Assembly (NCBI GenBank): GCA_023133595.1
Contig: JAGLWF010000003.1
Span: 44,369-108,368 of the forward strand
From: Nanobdellota archaeon
GTDB taxonomy: Archaea; Nanobdellota; Nanobdellia; Woesearchaeales; WJKV01
DNA: 64,000 nucleotides
Direction: 5' to 3'
The position numbers were made by a program, and so were the translations under genes. Under the pieces are notes generated by a model. It saw only the letters and a list, made by a program, of their open reading frames with translations. It made no database searches and was not told where the DNA came from. Below, one piece after another: positions 22,701-29,637 of the stretch. The stretch's first letter is position 1, and each line of letters begins with the position of its first letter.

Positions 22701-24444
22701 AACACTGATAATTTGCATTGACGTGACACCACCAGAGATCACTCTCATGAAACAGCAGATCCCTGCAAAGACAACAATATCCTTATCGTGTGATGATGGA
22801 AATGAAAGCGGCTGCAACCCTGCGATGTTGTATGGTATTGCAGATGATGAGGACATGTGCGTTGCGAACCAGACATATCTAGTCCCAATAGAATTCACAG
22901 AACAGAAATTCTTCTGTTACTGGGCTTCTGACCTTGCAGGCAATGTTGTGGAAGAAACAGAAATTATTGTCATCCTGCCGTCTGAGATTGCTGGTTGTCC
23001 AAATGACCTTGATTGCGACAATATAACAAATGAACGGGACGAGGATATTGATGGCGATGGAATACCTAATTGTGTAGATCCTGATGATGACAATGATGGA
23101 ATTGTGGATTATAATACCGAGACAAACTTTAATGAAGACTTTGACGATGATAATGATGGAATAAATGATGACAGTGACTTTGATGTTGATAATGACCTGG
23201 ATAATGACGGCCTGGCCAATGGAATTGACGATGATATTGATTGTGACGGAATCCTGAACTGTGATGATCCTGACATGGATAATGACGGTTTATTGAATGA
23301 TTGGCTTGATGAGAACAATGGATTATTAGATTCTCCTGACAAAGACAATGATAATGACGGAACAATAGATGTTGATGATCCTGACTTTGGAAAAGCGACT
23401 GTTCCTGATACTGATAATGACTTGGATAATGATGGAATCCTGAATTCAATTGACGATGATATTGACGGTGATGGTATTCTGAATGAAGAGGATAGTGACT
23501 GGGATAATGACGGAGTCCCTAACTGTATGGACATTGACATAGATAATGATGGCAGATCTAATAGCGAAGATCCGGATTATACTGATGATTTTGATGAAGA
23601 TGGAATGCCTAATGACTGGGAAGAAATGTTTGGGCTGGATAAACTTGATTCTCTAGACAAGGAACTTGACAATGACAATGATGGTTTGATAAATGCTGAC
23701 GAATTTCAGTTCAGGACAGACCCTAATAATAAAGACAGTGATAATGATGGATATACAGATTATGATGAATTGTTTGGCTATGATGAACGATATGATCCAA
23801 CAGATCCAGAAAGCAAACCTCCATCGAAATTCCTTTTCATCTTAGTGATGGTTATCATCATCCTGTTGTTAGCTGCTTTTGGTTATTATGGCTACAAATA
23901 TTATTTGGGTTATCAGCAGAAGCGTGAGAAAGAAAAATTAGAAGCTAAACTGAGAGCGCGGCCAGCAACGCGGCGCTTGATGCGCGAAGTCAAGAAGAAA
24001 CCGAAGCCAAAACCAAAAGTTGTGATGCCAAAGGTTGACATTACAAAAGAATTAGAGGGGCGCAAGAAGCTGCGCGAAGAAAGAAGAAGAGCAAAGGTAC
24101 ATGTCAGAGAAAGATTGTTCGGCAAGTTTGGAGCAGGCAGAGGCAGGACGACAAAATTGAAGAAGCCAGAAGAGAAAGTGGGAAGAAAGCCAAAAAAACT
24201 TCCAGAGAGCTTCAGAAAACTTGACCGCATGGTTGGAAAAGGAAAATCTCTTGACGCTTTGATTGCAAAGAGAAAAGGGAAGGTCAAGATGAAGGAGATC
24301 GACCGACTAGGAAAGATAATCGAGAAAAGAGGAGAGCTCAAAAAGTCTGATTTTGATAAATTAATCGCATTAAGCAGTAAATTTTCACCAGAAACAAGAA
24401 AAGTCACAGGAAAGAAGAAAAGGAAAAAATTAAGGAGAATATAA
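13732..24444 (+). CDS. Giant (3570 aa) cell-surface protein: Sec signal, CarbopepD-regulatory-like domains, Cys-rich modules, TSP3-type Ca-binding repeat field, single C-terminal TM helix, ~180-aa polybasic cytoplasmic tail
   Basis: Uninterrupted 10.7-kb ORF. Signal MKYKIVLLLILILAIFTCLSSYVYAS. SGRVTDQSGNPIVGATVTAPSGSSVTDNGGFYTI and SGTVRDTQNRMIED... are carboxypeptidase-regulatory-like folds. The DxDxDG repeat field, TM helix FLFILVMVIIILLLAAFGYYGY and K/R-rich tail are read directly. Confidence 0.8.
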   Translation: MKYKIVLLLILILAIFTCLSSYVYASCCVNEQTSFTSVVNDITCIDNLPLSACPVGYNATVASCSAVPQCGCCVCTPASGGKQVFASGDMRVSNNFCTAFCSQATGDPTHQLIPGLTAAQCSGQIAAQTVSGRVTDQSGNPIVGATVTAPSGSSVTDNGGFYTIGVIAPVTTLNISKSGISTSIQVDTRIRTTGWNVSLTLAARVADLYGKVTPIINNVPSTTPIPNTRIKITDGVNTFNTMTDAVGEYRFIGIPLATYQLTANKCAYFKKQESVTVSAPTTAHNILLQPAPKEIISGTVRDTQNRMIEDVDFIVSPPAGVVTKSDANGRFLITDIDSNCQYSIKATKTPQYSEQSKVVNIYADDFVTTNPLNFVLAPGPAFNFCADIGDCRGEDMRLGSADDCGCPANKICNALTGECDARPIVDCCDFTFQCQPQAAKLAPTPQCAGKTTCANTCAEIIDCPVDEKLSNANVDGVCECSGQLVSVTPSIAELYNIPLASGKYCCPYSSTPITNMTCQAQSKAIVFGTIVSKITQLPIDAAIHVDGSLIPIGYSDAETGEYEIYLTPNTAHTIQFRREPLYLPVIRSVQAFNLKKGVRYRLDAELRTTEILCNYPTNPPVPEFAAEHVKCKPEAKLVWDKDYCRNDIGVQSFAIANVNDDKIYLVDKDQDEFIIKDLEWGETYDFTIQAVYADSNRPRASDPVTISFSAGDADCAGQCDDKEFCLSNTQRRICDNKNKLSSAVSPGSFADCAEHKTAEGTEADWFCAGPNQQGKTVCLMENQCGYDLSSPVPFLGLLFNDLKCSRNLNTGKMNNGCYLDRSTTTVDFCYSCPKPDSEDFNCYTYDSKYACENNRCNLPGDCRWVPTSYFNLGEGICYDYNMISDTKYDQIEAGKEIGSECSECSKQGDLFGNIDCEQDACSKLGLCYSSDEQGTSCFECSEQTACSDFKTRESCISATGEDRRFNLFSSPSAPESAQYSDDACGLGVCAWNEVNGTCYKDGNADGKSDCVSVQFGVESFNSVCARDTHPPTTTPNFDTLILNNMSDDPENIISFNVTEPIERFNYCLHKEGETECTGMYKISGTNTEFVKGYTISFNPVNQFRNIVDSAGNYKIRYFSEDMNKNVELLKETVLYIDPFAPQILIQNSAECLNCEEQLDCYTEDAYVSQFIVSMSADEISVCQAYLIPPGETRATTIYHDIFAVDVITPTTIIYAPETGLPDGNYRFVLECEDIVGNKIEEEHTFKIDSFNLISDPIPTGPVKELGISYDIDTSQVSNCYISIDGREDVIMDQGAGAKRHTLGKAYNINTYHSYRVKCIPKFAINPNRCDTEYYDFAIDNAPPKIKSYINGNEFDELDWTLFMTDPTDLVIIAEDKGIQNSEISFGIDHIAYCTRDDLLTCDPATALDAAKRFGESKIIIPVDKNIKVCYYAVDKGGNKGRIKCGKTLFTPIPDIAIDSPTQDTITDDPRLTVTALHDVSDATEAVISAFDGENSISVSASIIDATVSGTLTSLFPGLNIVYARIKTAGGMWGEDSVDVYYDTEGPVIELTSDRVFEYGDTIEVEAEIVDTHWTAVETPDGSGDVTEASAVIQSMLLTDNFTLLKAGKIFSQSITPILLQNNLYNYLPGEYLITINAKDRFGNIAVDTYNISIVDTSPTEIDVGLDDYGTREENTFYTTSTKPKIQVTTTEPATCELHMISSTPILVEDFWEDETSRAHEYESEHYLEFDTGSVQIFNAMILCTDLFGGNVDEVPIRIVYDDVAPDLALFSTLGTKQIEKEGFVYEITEPGQYGVLSTLITARDLRDNEEIICEYTCNKDENESCDPTTETRAGFMDFGMEEYNAGQIMQINVGSANIIDGEYRLDVNCTDKALNAITKDLVLFFNIQRDMFKIIAAGPSGEITSTAPDVYVLTNLPTSKCEWDKPLAGNVALTPATDKRMNRFFSFTPSGLAVGNYSYTIECAQFDTGNTDSIDVDFSISATGGATGTYVVKGMAALYLGSSDTQAPMITNIDLRTNNGKRGIYVDDFRENYKRIRVLEGGDANNNIMIQLTADAIEAVVCRYSEQYQNFAQMENEFYSSEYAFYPKSPFIKLTTGTSKRYYVSCRDSAGNTAAPYTVELSVDFNAPVEIIEASPVGYVNQYPIIKTTTVQDVDCVYDTATSTNNQMKKYDIADYYGHTSALFPGSVIVIPEEEDQTITVSCGSGVRQTSETITFALDKTLPTLTITSPEDDEVLDTPDFELRGSTEIGVELDIYVNRAYQGKVEVLLDGTFDSTVSLDTSGENVIDVIATDKAGNKVEKSITVTTTSDASRVVAIFPSAGLIGDLSEIVAVVRGERFSPTRTIFDVSKDGETFSGNVIYDSEEDVLAFKSTLGYFPSGNYEAEVIPVDSDGMPGFVKRVSFTVDVTQPRLRWISPSSERAIINKQNIRAVVELQPISNRRVITQADISASSDGLDFSKFDFVKKGDLYYADLSLAEGVNYIRIDAADLPGTVHHTRTIVVDLRGASAVIEPSGTITTSRPTIIVQFSEDVELVSFSLTEFGNGDRFTHALELSDATSREFTFDAVSQLLSGSYTFSITVKDINGNEATTTQNFVVDIGDVVQKLVKPKNMVAPGTPFNLILETNQDANCRYSRIYDPGVHSSIGQFTGLFGETGGIRHTINEFTSVDAIYPATNNIYIWCEGLTTLRESQPVLYAFSIDKTAPRILDAYVEPDEVAEYPLETELFVETDEPAICKYECNSATASYDFMDYALSESYEEIQSGIIELEDNTMYLCNIVCANLAGLKSAVLEVSFNVDTSLGVGLRIIKPKDGAAYSEYTVPLKLKSENIAECEYSLDGEEAINFPDIGQSFEIMLENLSVGKHEVTVDCIYSTGDGSISSTFYIDDTPPSETVVNVGDVACSSENIDVTWEGTDSDSGIIEYEVALRTEESEEGVYDVKEFTSVGNSTKLPQGFLPDLDSERYVFGVKAMNRAGLWGEPVESLVFLIDPTLIICIDVTPPEITLMKQQIPAKTTISLSCDDGNESGCNPAMLYGIADDEDMCVANQTYLVPIEFTEQKFFCYWASDLAGNVVEETEIIVILPSEIAGCPNDLDCDNITNERDEDIDGDGIPNCVDPDDDNDGIVDYNTETNFNEDFDDDNDGINDDSDFDVDNDLDNDGLANGIDDDIDCDGILNCDDPDMDNDGLLNDWLDENNGLLDSPDKDNDNDGTIDVDDPDFGKATVPDTDNDLDNDGILNSIDDDIDGDGILNEEDSDWDNDGVPNCMDIDIDNDGRSNSEDPDYTDDFDEDGMPNDWEEMFGLDKLDSLDKELDNDNDGLINADEFQFRTDPNNKDSDNDGYTDYDELFGYDERYDPTDPESKPPSKFLFILVMVIIILLLAAFGYYGYKYYLGYQQKREKEKLEAKLRARPATRRLMREVKKKPKPKPKVVMPKVDITKELEGRKKLREERRRAKVHVRERLFGKFGAGRGRTTKLKKPEEKVGRKPKKLPESFRKLDRMVGKGKSLDALIAKRKGKVKMKEIDRLGKIIEKRGELKKSDFDKLIALSSKFSPETRKVTGKKKRKKLRRI
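23000..23800 (+). repeat. Tandem thrombospondin-type-3-like Ca-binding repeats (DxDxDGxxDxxD) inside the giant gene; visible at DNA level as reiterated gat aat gat gg(n) units
   Basis: About 15 reiterations of D-N/D-D-G-I/L/V-x-N/D-x-x-D, e.g. DIDGDGIPNCVDPDDDNDGIVDY, DVDNDLDNDGLANGIDDDIDCDGILNCDDPDMDNDGLLND. Confidence 0.6.
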
Positions 24445-24445
24445 A

Positions 24446-24937
24446 ATGAAAAGAGGTCAAGTAGAAGCTAGAGTTGTTATTTATTTACTGGCAGTGTTTA
24501 TTGCGGCTTTGATATTATCTTATGGTTATTTGGCGATAAAAGGATTGATCTCGACACAGGAAGATATTCTGCTTGTCACATTCAAGGAAGATATAAAGAA
24601 TAAAGTGGATGAGAAAAGTTATGAGTTCAGGTCAGTTGAAAAATTATCATTTTCTCTTCCTACAACTTACGATGAGATCTGTTTTGGAGATCTTCGTAAT
24701 ATTGGTGCAGCATTGAATGCAATACCCGCTGGAAAAGTTTTGATCTCAGACAGTATTCGCGATGGGGTGAACCGCAATTTTTTCATTCTCCAGCGCGGAA
24801 AGCTCAAAGACGCGTTTTATATCGGAAAAATTGTTGTTGATGATAATTTTCAATGCTTGGAAGTTGCAAATGGAATGTTAAACTTAGAATTTAGGGCGCT
24901 AGGAAAATCTGGGGTCAAGATCTCTGAATGGACATAA
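24446..24937 (+). CDS. Class III signal peptide (pilin-like) protein, 163 aa
   Basis: MKRGQVEARVVIYLLAVFIAALILSYGYLAI; starts 2 nt after the giant gene's stop. Confidence 0.5.
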   Translation: MKRGQVEARVVIYLLAVFIAALILSYGYLAIKGLISTQEDILLVTFKEDIKNKVDEKSYEFRSVEKLSFSLPTTYDEICFGDLRNIGAALNAIPAGKVLISDSIRDGVNRNFFILQRGKLKDAFYIGKIVVDDNFQCLEVANGMLNLEFRALGKSGVKISEWT

Positions 24938-24938
24938 A

Positions 24939-25973
24939 ATGAAGAATCAAAAAGCAGCAATCGAATTACAGATCAATTGGATATTCGTAATGATCATAGG
25001 AGGGATAATCTTATTTTTCTTTATCGGAGTCGTTGCAAAACAAAGAGGGGTCTCTGAACAAAGGCTTGTGAATGAACTGATCCGAGATATTGATCAATAT
25101 ATCAGCGGTGCGAGTGTTGCGCCGCGCGGTGCTGCTAGCCTGCCAGTACCTGGATATGATATTCAATTTACTTGTGATCATCTGCAGATCAAGAACCAGC
25201 GTTCCCTGCTGGAAAGCCGGGTGGTGTTTGCTCCGGATTATGTTGACAAAGAGGATCGACAGTTGATAGTCTGGGCCCTGCCGTGGGAAATCCCCTACGA
25301 TGTGACCAACTTTCTTTATGCGACAGGTCCAGGCGTACGTTATGTTTTTGTCTATGAAGACGATAAATATGATGATTTTTACTATAATTTTGTGACAGAC
25401 AAGATCAATAAGATAAAGGTCCCTATCAAAGATGCTGGTAGAGTCCTGGATTTTGTGGATGAAGGGAGTTATAGGACCCGGATCGTGATGCTCGGCCAGA
25501 TGGAGCCAGTGCAAGTACCAGCATTTGCAAAGAATAAAGATACTTCTTTTGTATGGATCCCTTTTTTTGATCCACGAGAAAAATTGCCGGCTGGCGAAGT
25601 ATATTTTTTACAGTATAATCCTACAACTGAAGAATTCGAACCAGCAGAATCTAAATTTGTTGGAGTTCCATCTGTGATTGGTGCGGTCTTCAGCAGTTCT
25701 TTAGAAAATTATAATTGCGCAATGGCAAAAGCGTTCAAAAACCTTCACACTGTGAATACAGTATTTGCTAAAAAAGTGGAATTGCTAGGCGCGTCACAGG
25801 TTTGTCCGGCTTTCTATGGAGAGTATGACCGGAATCTCTTGGCAGAGATCTCAGCATATACTGAATACCCCGGGAACTGGCAATTAGATCTTGAAGATTT
25901 GTTGTCAAAAGTTGCTTCCCTCAGACAAAGAAATTTTTTGATTGAGTCACAATCATGTCCATTGATATACTAA
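24939..25973 (+). CDS. Class III signal peptide (pilin-like) protein, 344 aa
   Basis: MKNQKAAIELQINWIFVMIIGGIILFFFIGVV; coupled to its neighbours (2-nt gaps). Confidence 0.5.
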   Translation: MKNQKAAIELQINWIFVMIIGGIILFFFIGVVAKQRGVSEQRLVNELIRDIDQYISGASVAPRGAASLPVPGYDIQFTCDHLQIKNQRSLLESRVVFAPDYVDKEDRQLIVWALPWEIPYDVTNFLYATGPGVRYVFVYEDDKYDDFYYNFVTDKINKIKVPIKDAGRVLDFVDEGSYRTRIVMLGQMEPVQVPAFAKNKDTSFVWIPFFDPREKLPAGEVYFLQYNPTTEEFEPAESKFVGVPSVIGAVFSSSLENYNCAMAKAFKNLHTVNTVFAKKVELLGASQVCPAFYGEYDRNLLAEISAYTEYPGNWQLDLEDLLSKVASLRQRNFLIESQSCPLIY

Positions 25974-25974
25974 A

Positions 25975-26478
25975 ATGAGAAGAAAAAGAAAAAGAGCGCA
26001 GATACAGACACTGGAGACAGTCGCAGTCCTTTTTGTCTTCTTCTTATTGATATCCTTAAGCCTGATATTCTATATGAGCTTTTCAAAAGGACGAGAAGCT
26101 GGAAAGATGGCAGAATTAAGCCACGAGCAAGCAGTACAAGTTGCACAAGTGATCTCAAACCTGCCAGAGATTCGCGCAACACAACAGGCAATACGGGGTG
26201 TGAATACTTTTGATCTTAAACAATTAGAAGCTCTTGAACTAGTGCTGGAGTCGGATCTTGAACTGAGCAAAGGGATATACCAGGAACGTTTTGGCACTAG
26301 CACGATCACAGTGCGCCAGATATTTCCTTCGCCAAAGAACTGGACAATCTATGATAATCCAGAACCCGGTGCAAAGTTCGAGACTCCGTTTTTTATCCCA
26401 GTTGCATTATACAATCCTTTGGATATTCCAGGTGGAAATTATTCATTTGGAATATTAGAAATAGTATTTTACAGTTAA
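25975..26478 (+). CDS. Class III signal peptide (pilin-like) protein, 167 aa
   Basis: MRRKRKRAQIQTLETVAVLFVFFLLISLSLIF. Confidence 0.5.
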   Translation: MRRKRKRAQIQTLETVAVLFVFFLLISLSLIFYMSFSKGREAGKMAELSHEQAVQVAQVISNLPEIRATQQAIRGVNTFDLKQLEALELVLESDLELSKGIYQERFGTSTITVRQIFPSPKNWTIYDNPEPGAKFETPFFIPVALYNPLDIPGGNYSFGILEIVFYS

Positions 26479-26479
26479 G

Positions 26480-26992
26480 ATGAAAAAAGCGCAGATGGAA
26501 ATCATGGGAATGGTTGTGATAGTCCTTATCCTTGTAGTTGCAATGATGTTTGTCCTATTTTTCGCGACACAGGAGAAACCAGGCGAAGGAATAAAAGATT
26601 TTGATGATAAGCTTTATTCATTCAACACTTTGAGCGCAGTGCTGCATACAAATGTTCCTTTCAGGAGCTTGCAGATGCAATCTGTGATCGAGATGTGCAT
26701 GTGGAATGATATCTGGGTTGGACAGGCACATACAATGTCGCCGTGCGAATATGCATCAGCAGGCATAGCAACCATGCTATCGCACTCTTTATCTTATATT
26801 GGCCAGGATTATCATTTTTATGTCTCTACAAATACTGATCCGGATTTTTACAAGATTGATGTGAAAAGCTCTACAGACCCCGCATTATGTGCAGGAGACA
26901 TACAGAGCGCGACGCAACCATTGACATATGCAGGAGGCACAATGTATATCGTCCTTGACATCTGCAGCAAACCACGAGGTGAAATCTCATGA
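26480..26992 (+). CDS. Class III signal peptide (pilin-like) protein, 170 aa
   Basis: MKKAQMEIMGMVVIVLILVVAMMFVLFF. Confidence 0.5.
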   Translation: MKKAQMEIMGMVVIVLILVVAMMFVLFFATQEKPGEGIKDFDDKLYSFNTLSAVLHTNVPFRSLQMQSVIEMCMWNDIWVGQAHTMSPCEYASAGIATMLSHSLSYIGQDYHFYVSTNTDPDFYKIDVKSSTDPALCAGDIQSATQPLTYAGGTMYIVLDICSKPRGEIS

Positions 26993-27102
26993 ATAAGAAT
27001 GGAGAAATTACAACACGAACATTGGTAATCATCATAGCTACATTGGTAGGAATATTCATACTAGCAATGTTATTTTTCAGAACATTCAATATCTTAAAAT
27101 GA
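26989..27102 (+). CDS. Tiny (37 aa) pilin-like ORF, below the ORF-track length cut-off; translationally coupled on both sides (ATGA overlaps)
   Basis: Manual translation: MNKNGEITTRTLVIIIATLVGIFILAMLFFRTFNILK. Start overlaps the upstream stop (tcATGa) and the stop overlaps the downstream start (aaATGa). Confidence 0.4.
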   Translation: MNKNGEITTRTLVIIIATLVGIFILAMLFFRTFNILK

Positions 27103-27986
27103 AGAAGAACAAGAAAGGCGGAATCAGCATTGTCCTTAAAGTCCTAGTCTTATTGATAGTTCTGCTTGCTGCAAGTTTCTTTTTGTTATATTTTGAAGTC
27201 TATGCTGGAGAAAAAGCAACACAAGCAATAGAACCTTGCCTGTGCAGATTGAGTGTTGATAGAGTCGCTGCAACAAAATTTCTCGAAACAGAGAGCAGGT
27301 TTGGTCTGGATTGCGGTACGCGGTTTGTCAACATATATAAAGCGGATGAATATAAAGTTAAAGAAAAAGGAGACCGTATTGATTATCATATTTCAAATAC
27401 AAAAGAGCTGAAAGACGCATTTGCGCGCGAAATAACATTGGGATGCTGGGAGATGGGTGCTGGAGAAGATAATCCATATCCCAACCTGATAACATTGACA
27501 AAAGGAAGAAGCAGCAGGTGCGTGATCACGTCCCAGATAACAGTGGATCAAAAAGTTATCAATTCATTCGGTTCTTCACTTACTGATTTTGAATCTCATC
27601 TGATCAGCTATAGTTTCAGCGAGTGCGGTGTCGCTAAGCAAGCAGGCCAGATATTAGGAGATAAAATCTCTTTTGACACAATAGATATGACCCGAGGAAA
27701 TGTTCCGATCACATTATCTGTTGTCTGGTCAGGCACGATCTCGCCAGATCTTCAGGCAGCGAAAACAATGACAGAACTCGGTCCGAAACTTTATCTTATT
27801 GGAAAAGCACTGCAATACATTCCATATATCAGTGTTGTTGGCAGTGGTTTGCAGGTGGTAGGCAAGGCAGGAGTTGTCGGCGGCATTGGCTATAATCTTG
27901 TGAATATTGACGACGATGTCTATCTTTTCGCAATCGCTATTGGTCCAGCTGACGAGGTTGGAAAGACATGCGGACAATTATACTGA
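27099..27986 (+). CDS. Class III signal peptide (pilin-like) protein, 295 aa
   Basis: MKKNKKGGISIVLKVLVLLIVLLAASFFLLYF. Confidence 0.5.
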   Translation: MKKNKKGGISIVLKVLVLLIVLLAASFFLLYFEVYAGEKATQAIEPCLCRLSVDRVAATKFLETESRFGLDCGTRFVNIYKADEYKVKEKGDRIDYHISNTKELKDAFAREITLGCWEMGAGEDNPYPNLITLTKGRSSRCVITSQITVDQKVINSFGSSLTDFESHLISYSFSECGVAKQAGQILGDKISFDTIDMTRGNVPITLSVVWSGTISPDLQAAKTMTELGPKLYLIGKALQYIPYISVVGSGLQVVGKAGVVGGIGYNLVNIDDDVYLFAIAIGPADEVGKTCGQLY

Positions 27987-27988
27987 AA

Positions 27989-28774
27989 ATGAATAAAAAG
28001 GCTACGATTGGAATGGTATGGAATGTGATCATAGCAATACTTGTAGGAATAGTGGCTTTGATAATCCTGACATTTTTCCTGCAATCCACAGGAGAGGCTG
28101 CAGAACGCCTGCAGGAAGATGTCATGTGCAAGGTCAGTGTGGAGGAAGCTGTACGTAGCGGAGACTGGTGGGGAGATGTAATTAGATGTCCGACAAAGTA
28201 TCATGAACTGAAAAAAGTTAGTGAAGAGGAAGTCAAGAAATTGATTGCGCAGCGCAGTATCACGTGCTGGGATAAGTTCGGAAGAGGAGAGAAATTATTA
28301 TTTGCGCAGGACCCTAAATTGTTCGGCACAGACAAAGCTTCATATTGCAATGTGTGCGATGTGTTTGAATTTGAGAAAGTTAAGCCAATCCTTGAATTTG
28401 GCACTTATCTGACAGGACATAATGTCTCTTCATATTATTCAAAAGAACCGATCAGCCAGTTTGAATTCTTGAATCGTGTAAAGCTAGAGTCGGATGAAAA
28501 GACTGAGCTAGAGAACACTGTGCTGAAACAGGTGGGGATAGATACTGCAAATTCTTATGCAATTGTCTTCATCTATACAAAGGATCCGAAATTCTTTGCA
28601 ATGAAATACTTTCTTGGAGAAGCGAGCAAGAATTATCTGCCAGCAAAGATATATTTCAGCAGTCTGAGCTACATGCTTGGTGATGACGGGCTTGCAGATT
28701 GGGATGCGCGGATAGCCCTGGTGCCTTACAAAAAAGAGCAATTACAGAAGGCTTGCGAGTATCTCGAAGAATAA
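27989..28774 (+). CDS. Class III signal peptide (pilin-like) protein, ~261 aa (start moved to the internal ATG at 27989)
   Basis: MNKKATIGMVWNVIIAILVGIVALIILTFFL. Starting at 27989 removes the overlap with the upstream gene and places the KKA motif at the N-terminus. Confidence 0.45.
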   Translation: MNKKATIGMVWNVIIAILVGIVALIILTFFLQSTGEAAERLQEDVMCKVSVEEAVRSGDWWGDVIRCPTKYHELKKVSEEEVKKLIAQRSITCWDKFGRGEKLLFAQDPKLFGTDKASYCNVCDVFEFEKVKPILEFGTYLTGHNVSSYYSKEPISQFEFLNRVKLESDEKTELENTVLKQVGIDTANSYAIVFIYTKDPKFFAMKYFLGEASKNYLPAKIYFSSLSYMLGDDGLADWDARIALVPYKKEQLQKACEYLEE

Positions 28775-28808
28775 ATTTAAATAGAATGTTTCATTTGATG
28801 GTGTCAAG

Positions 28809-28979
28809 ATGTGGTGGATGTTGCTTAAATCAAACATGAGGGACAATAAAGGAGATATTTCTGTCAAGGCAATTGTCATCATCATAATTGCAATCGCAAT
28901 CCTGGTCTTGCTGCTCTACATGGCAGCAACAAAAGGAAAAGGAATGTTTACTGTGTGGGAAAAAGGCCCGTTTAGCTAA
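28809..28979 (+). CDS. Tiny (56 aa) pilin-like ORF, not in the ORF track
   Basis: Manual translation: MWWMLLKSNMRDNKGDISVKAIVIIIIAIAILVLLLYMAATKGKGMFTVWEKGPFS. NKG followed by an ~18-aa hydrophobic stretch. The overlapping track ORF 28888-29100 in another frame looks spurious. Confidence 0.4.
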   Translation: MWWMLLKSNMRDNKGDISVKAIVIIIIAIAILVLLLYMAATKGKGMFTVWEKGPFS

Positions 28980-28981
28980 AA

Positions 28982-29212
28982 ATGAAGACAATAGATATCA
29001 TCATAGTGCTTATCATTGCATTGCTAGTGATTGTGCTTGTAATGCTGATATTTTTTCCAAAGATAAAGCATACAGACGTAATCTCAGAAGAATTTGTTAA
29101 GAAGACATTAGAAGAACAGACAGCAGCAGAAGCGGATCCAGAGATACTGGCTGGAATCACTACAGCAGTATCTGGTTCTGAGACAGGGATTTTGGTGCTG
29201 GATCCTCTCTGA
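28982..29212 (+). CDS. Small (76 aa) N-terminally membrane-anchored protein within the pilin-like cluster (no canonical [KR][GA] motif)
   Basis: MKTIDIIIVLIIALLVIVLVMLIFF... then an acidic C-terminal half. Confidence 0.35.
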   Translation: MKTIDIIIVLIIALLVIVLVMLIFFPKIKHTDVISEEFVKKTLEEQTAAEADPEILAGITTAVSGSETGILVLDPL

Positions 29213-29281
29213 AGCTATAGCAACATTTATATATGAGAGATACGGCCTGTTATATGGTAATAAGCATAAGAGGTGAACAAG

Positions 29282-29575
29282 ATGCGCAATAAAAAGGGAT
29301 TAGAAATGTCAATGAGTATTGTTGTGATCGCAGTACTGGCAATCCTGGTATTAGTTGTTCTCGCAGTTATTTTTACAACACAAACAGGAAAAGTAGGAAA
29401 AGAAATCCAAGGATGTATTGCAACAGGCGGTCTGTGTAAAGATGCAGCAGAAGGCTGTAACCCTGATACAGAAGTACAGGGTAGAGAAGGAGCATATAAC
29501 TGTCCAGAAGATACTGTGTGCTGCTTTGATAAAAATCTTGCATCAGCAAGAGGCCTGAAGACAGAGCTCATTTGA
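29282..29575 (+). CDS. Small class III signal peptide pilin-like protein (~97 aa) with a Cys-containing C-terminal domain; candidate major or minor pilin subunit
   Basis: MRNKKGLEMSMSIVVIAVLAILVLVVLAVIF, then ...GCIATGGLCKDAAEGCNPD...CPEDTVCC. Start moved to the internal ATG at 29282. Confidence 0.5.
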   Translation: MRNKKGLEMSMSIVVIAVLAILVLVVLAVIFTTQTGKVGKEIQGCIATGGLCKDAAEGCNPDTEVQGREGAYNCPEDTVCCFDKNLASARGLKTELI

Positions 29576-29637
29576 TTTTTATTATTATTTTTCTTTATGA
29601 CAACCTTTATATATGAAACAAACCTATTTTCTAGAAA

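Noticed and set aside
23000-23800. DNA-level periodic repeats (gat aat gat gg...) that could superficially suggest a CRISPR array or satellite
   Set aside because: The repeats are in-frame codon repeats encoding DxDxDG Ca-binding motifs. They have variable spacing, no unique spacer structure and sit inside a CDS.
13786-24407. Numerous 60-170-aa ORFs on the minus strand and in alternate plus frames inside the giant gene (e.g. 14814-15329, 23109-23540, 23913-24407)
   Set aside because: They lie entirely within a long, compositionally consistent ORF with clear domain content. Low-complexity S/P/L-rich translations are typical of antisense frames of D/N/G-rich repeats.
28888-29100. 70-aa track ORF (MQSQSWSCCSTW...)
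   Set aside because: An out-of-frame tiny pilin-like ORF (28809-28979) and the 28982-29212 ORF explain this region better. The track ORF has no features and spans two better candidates.
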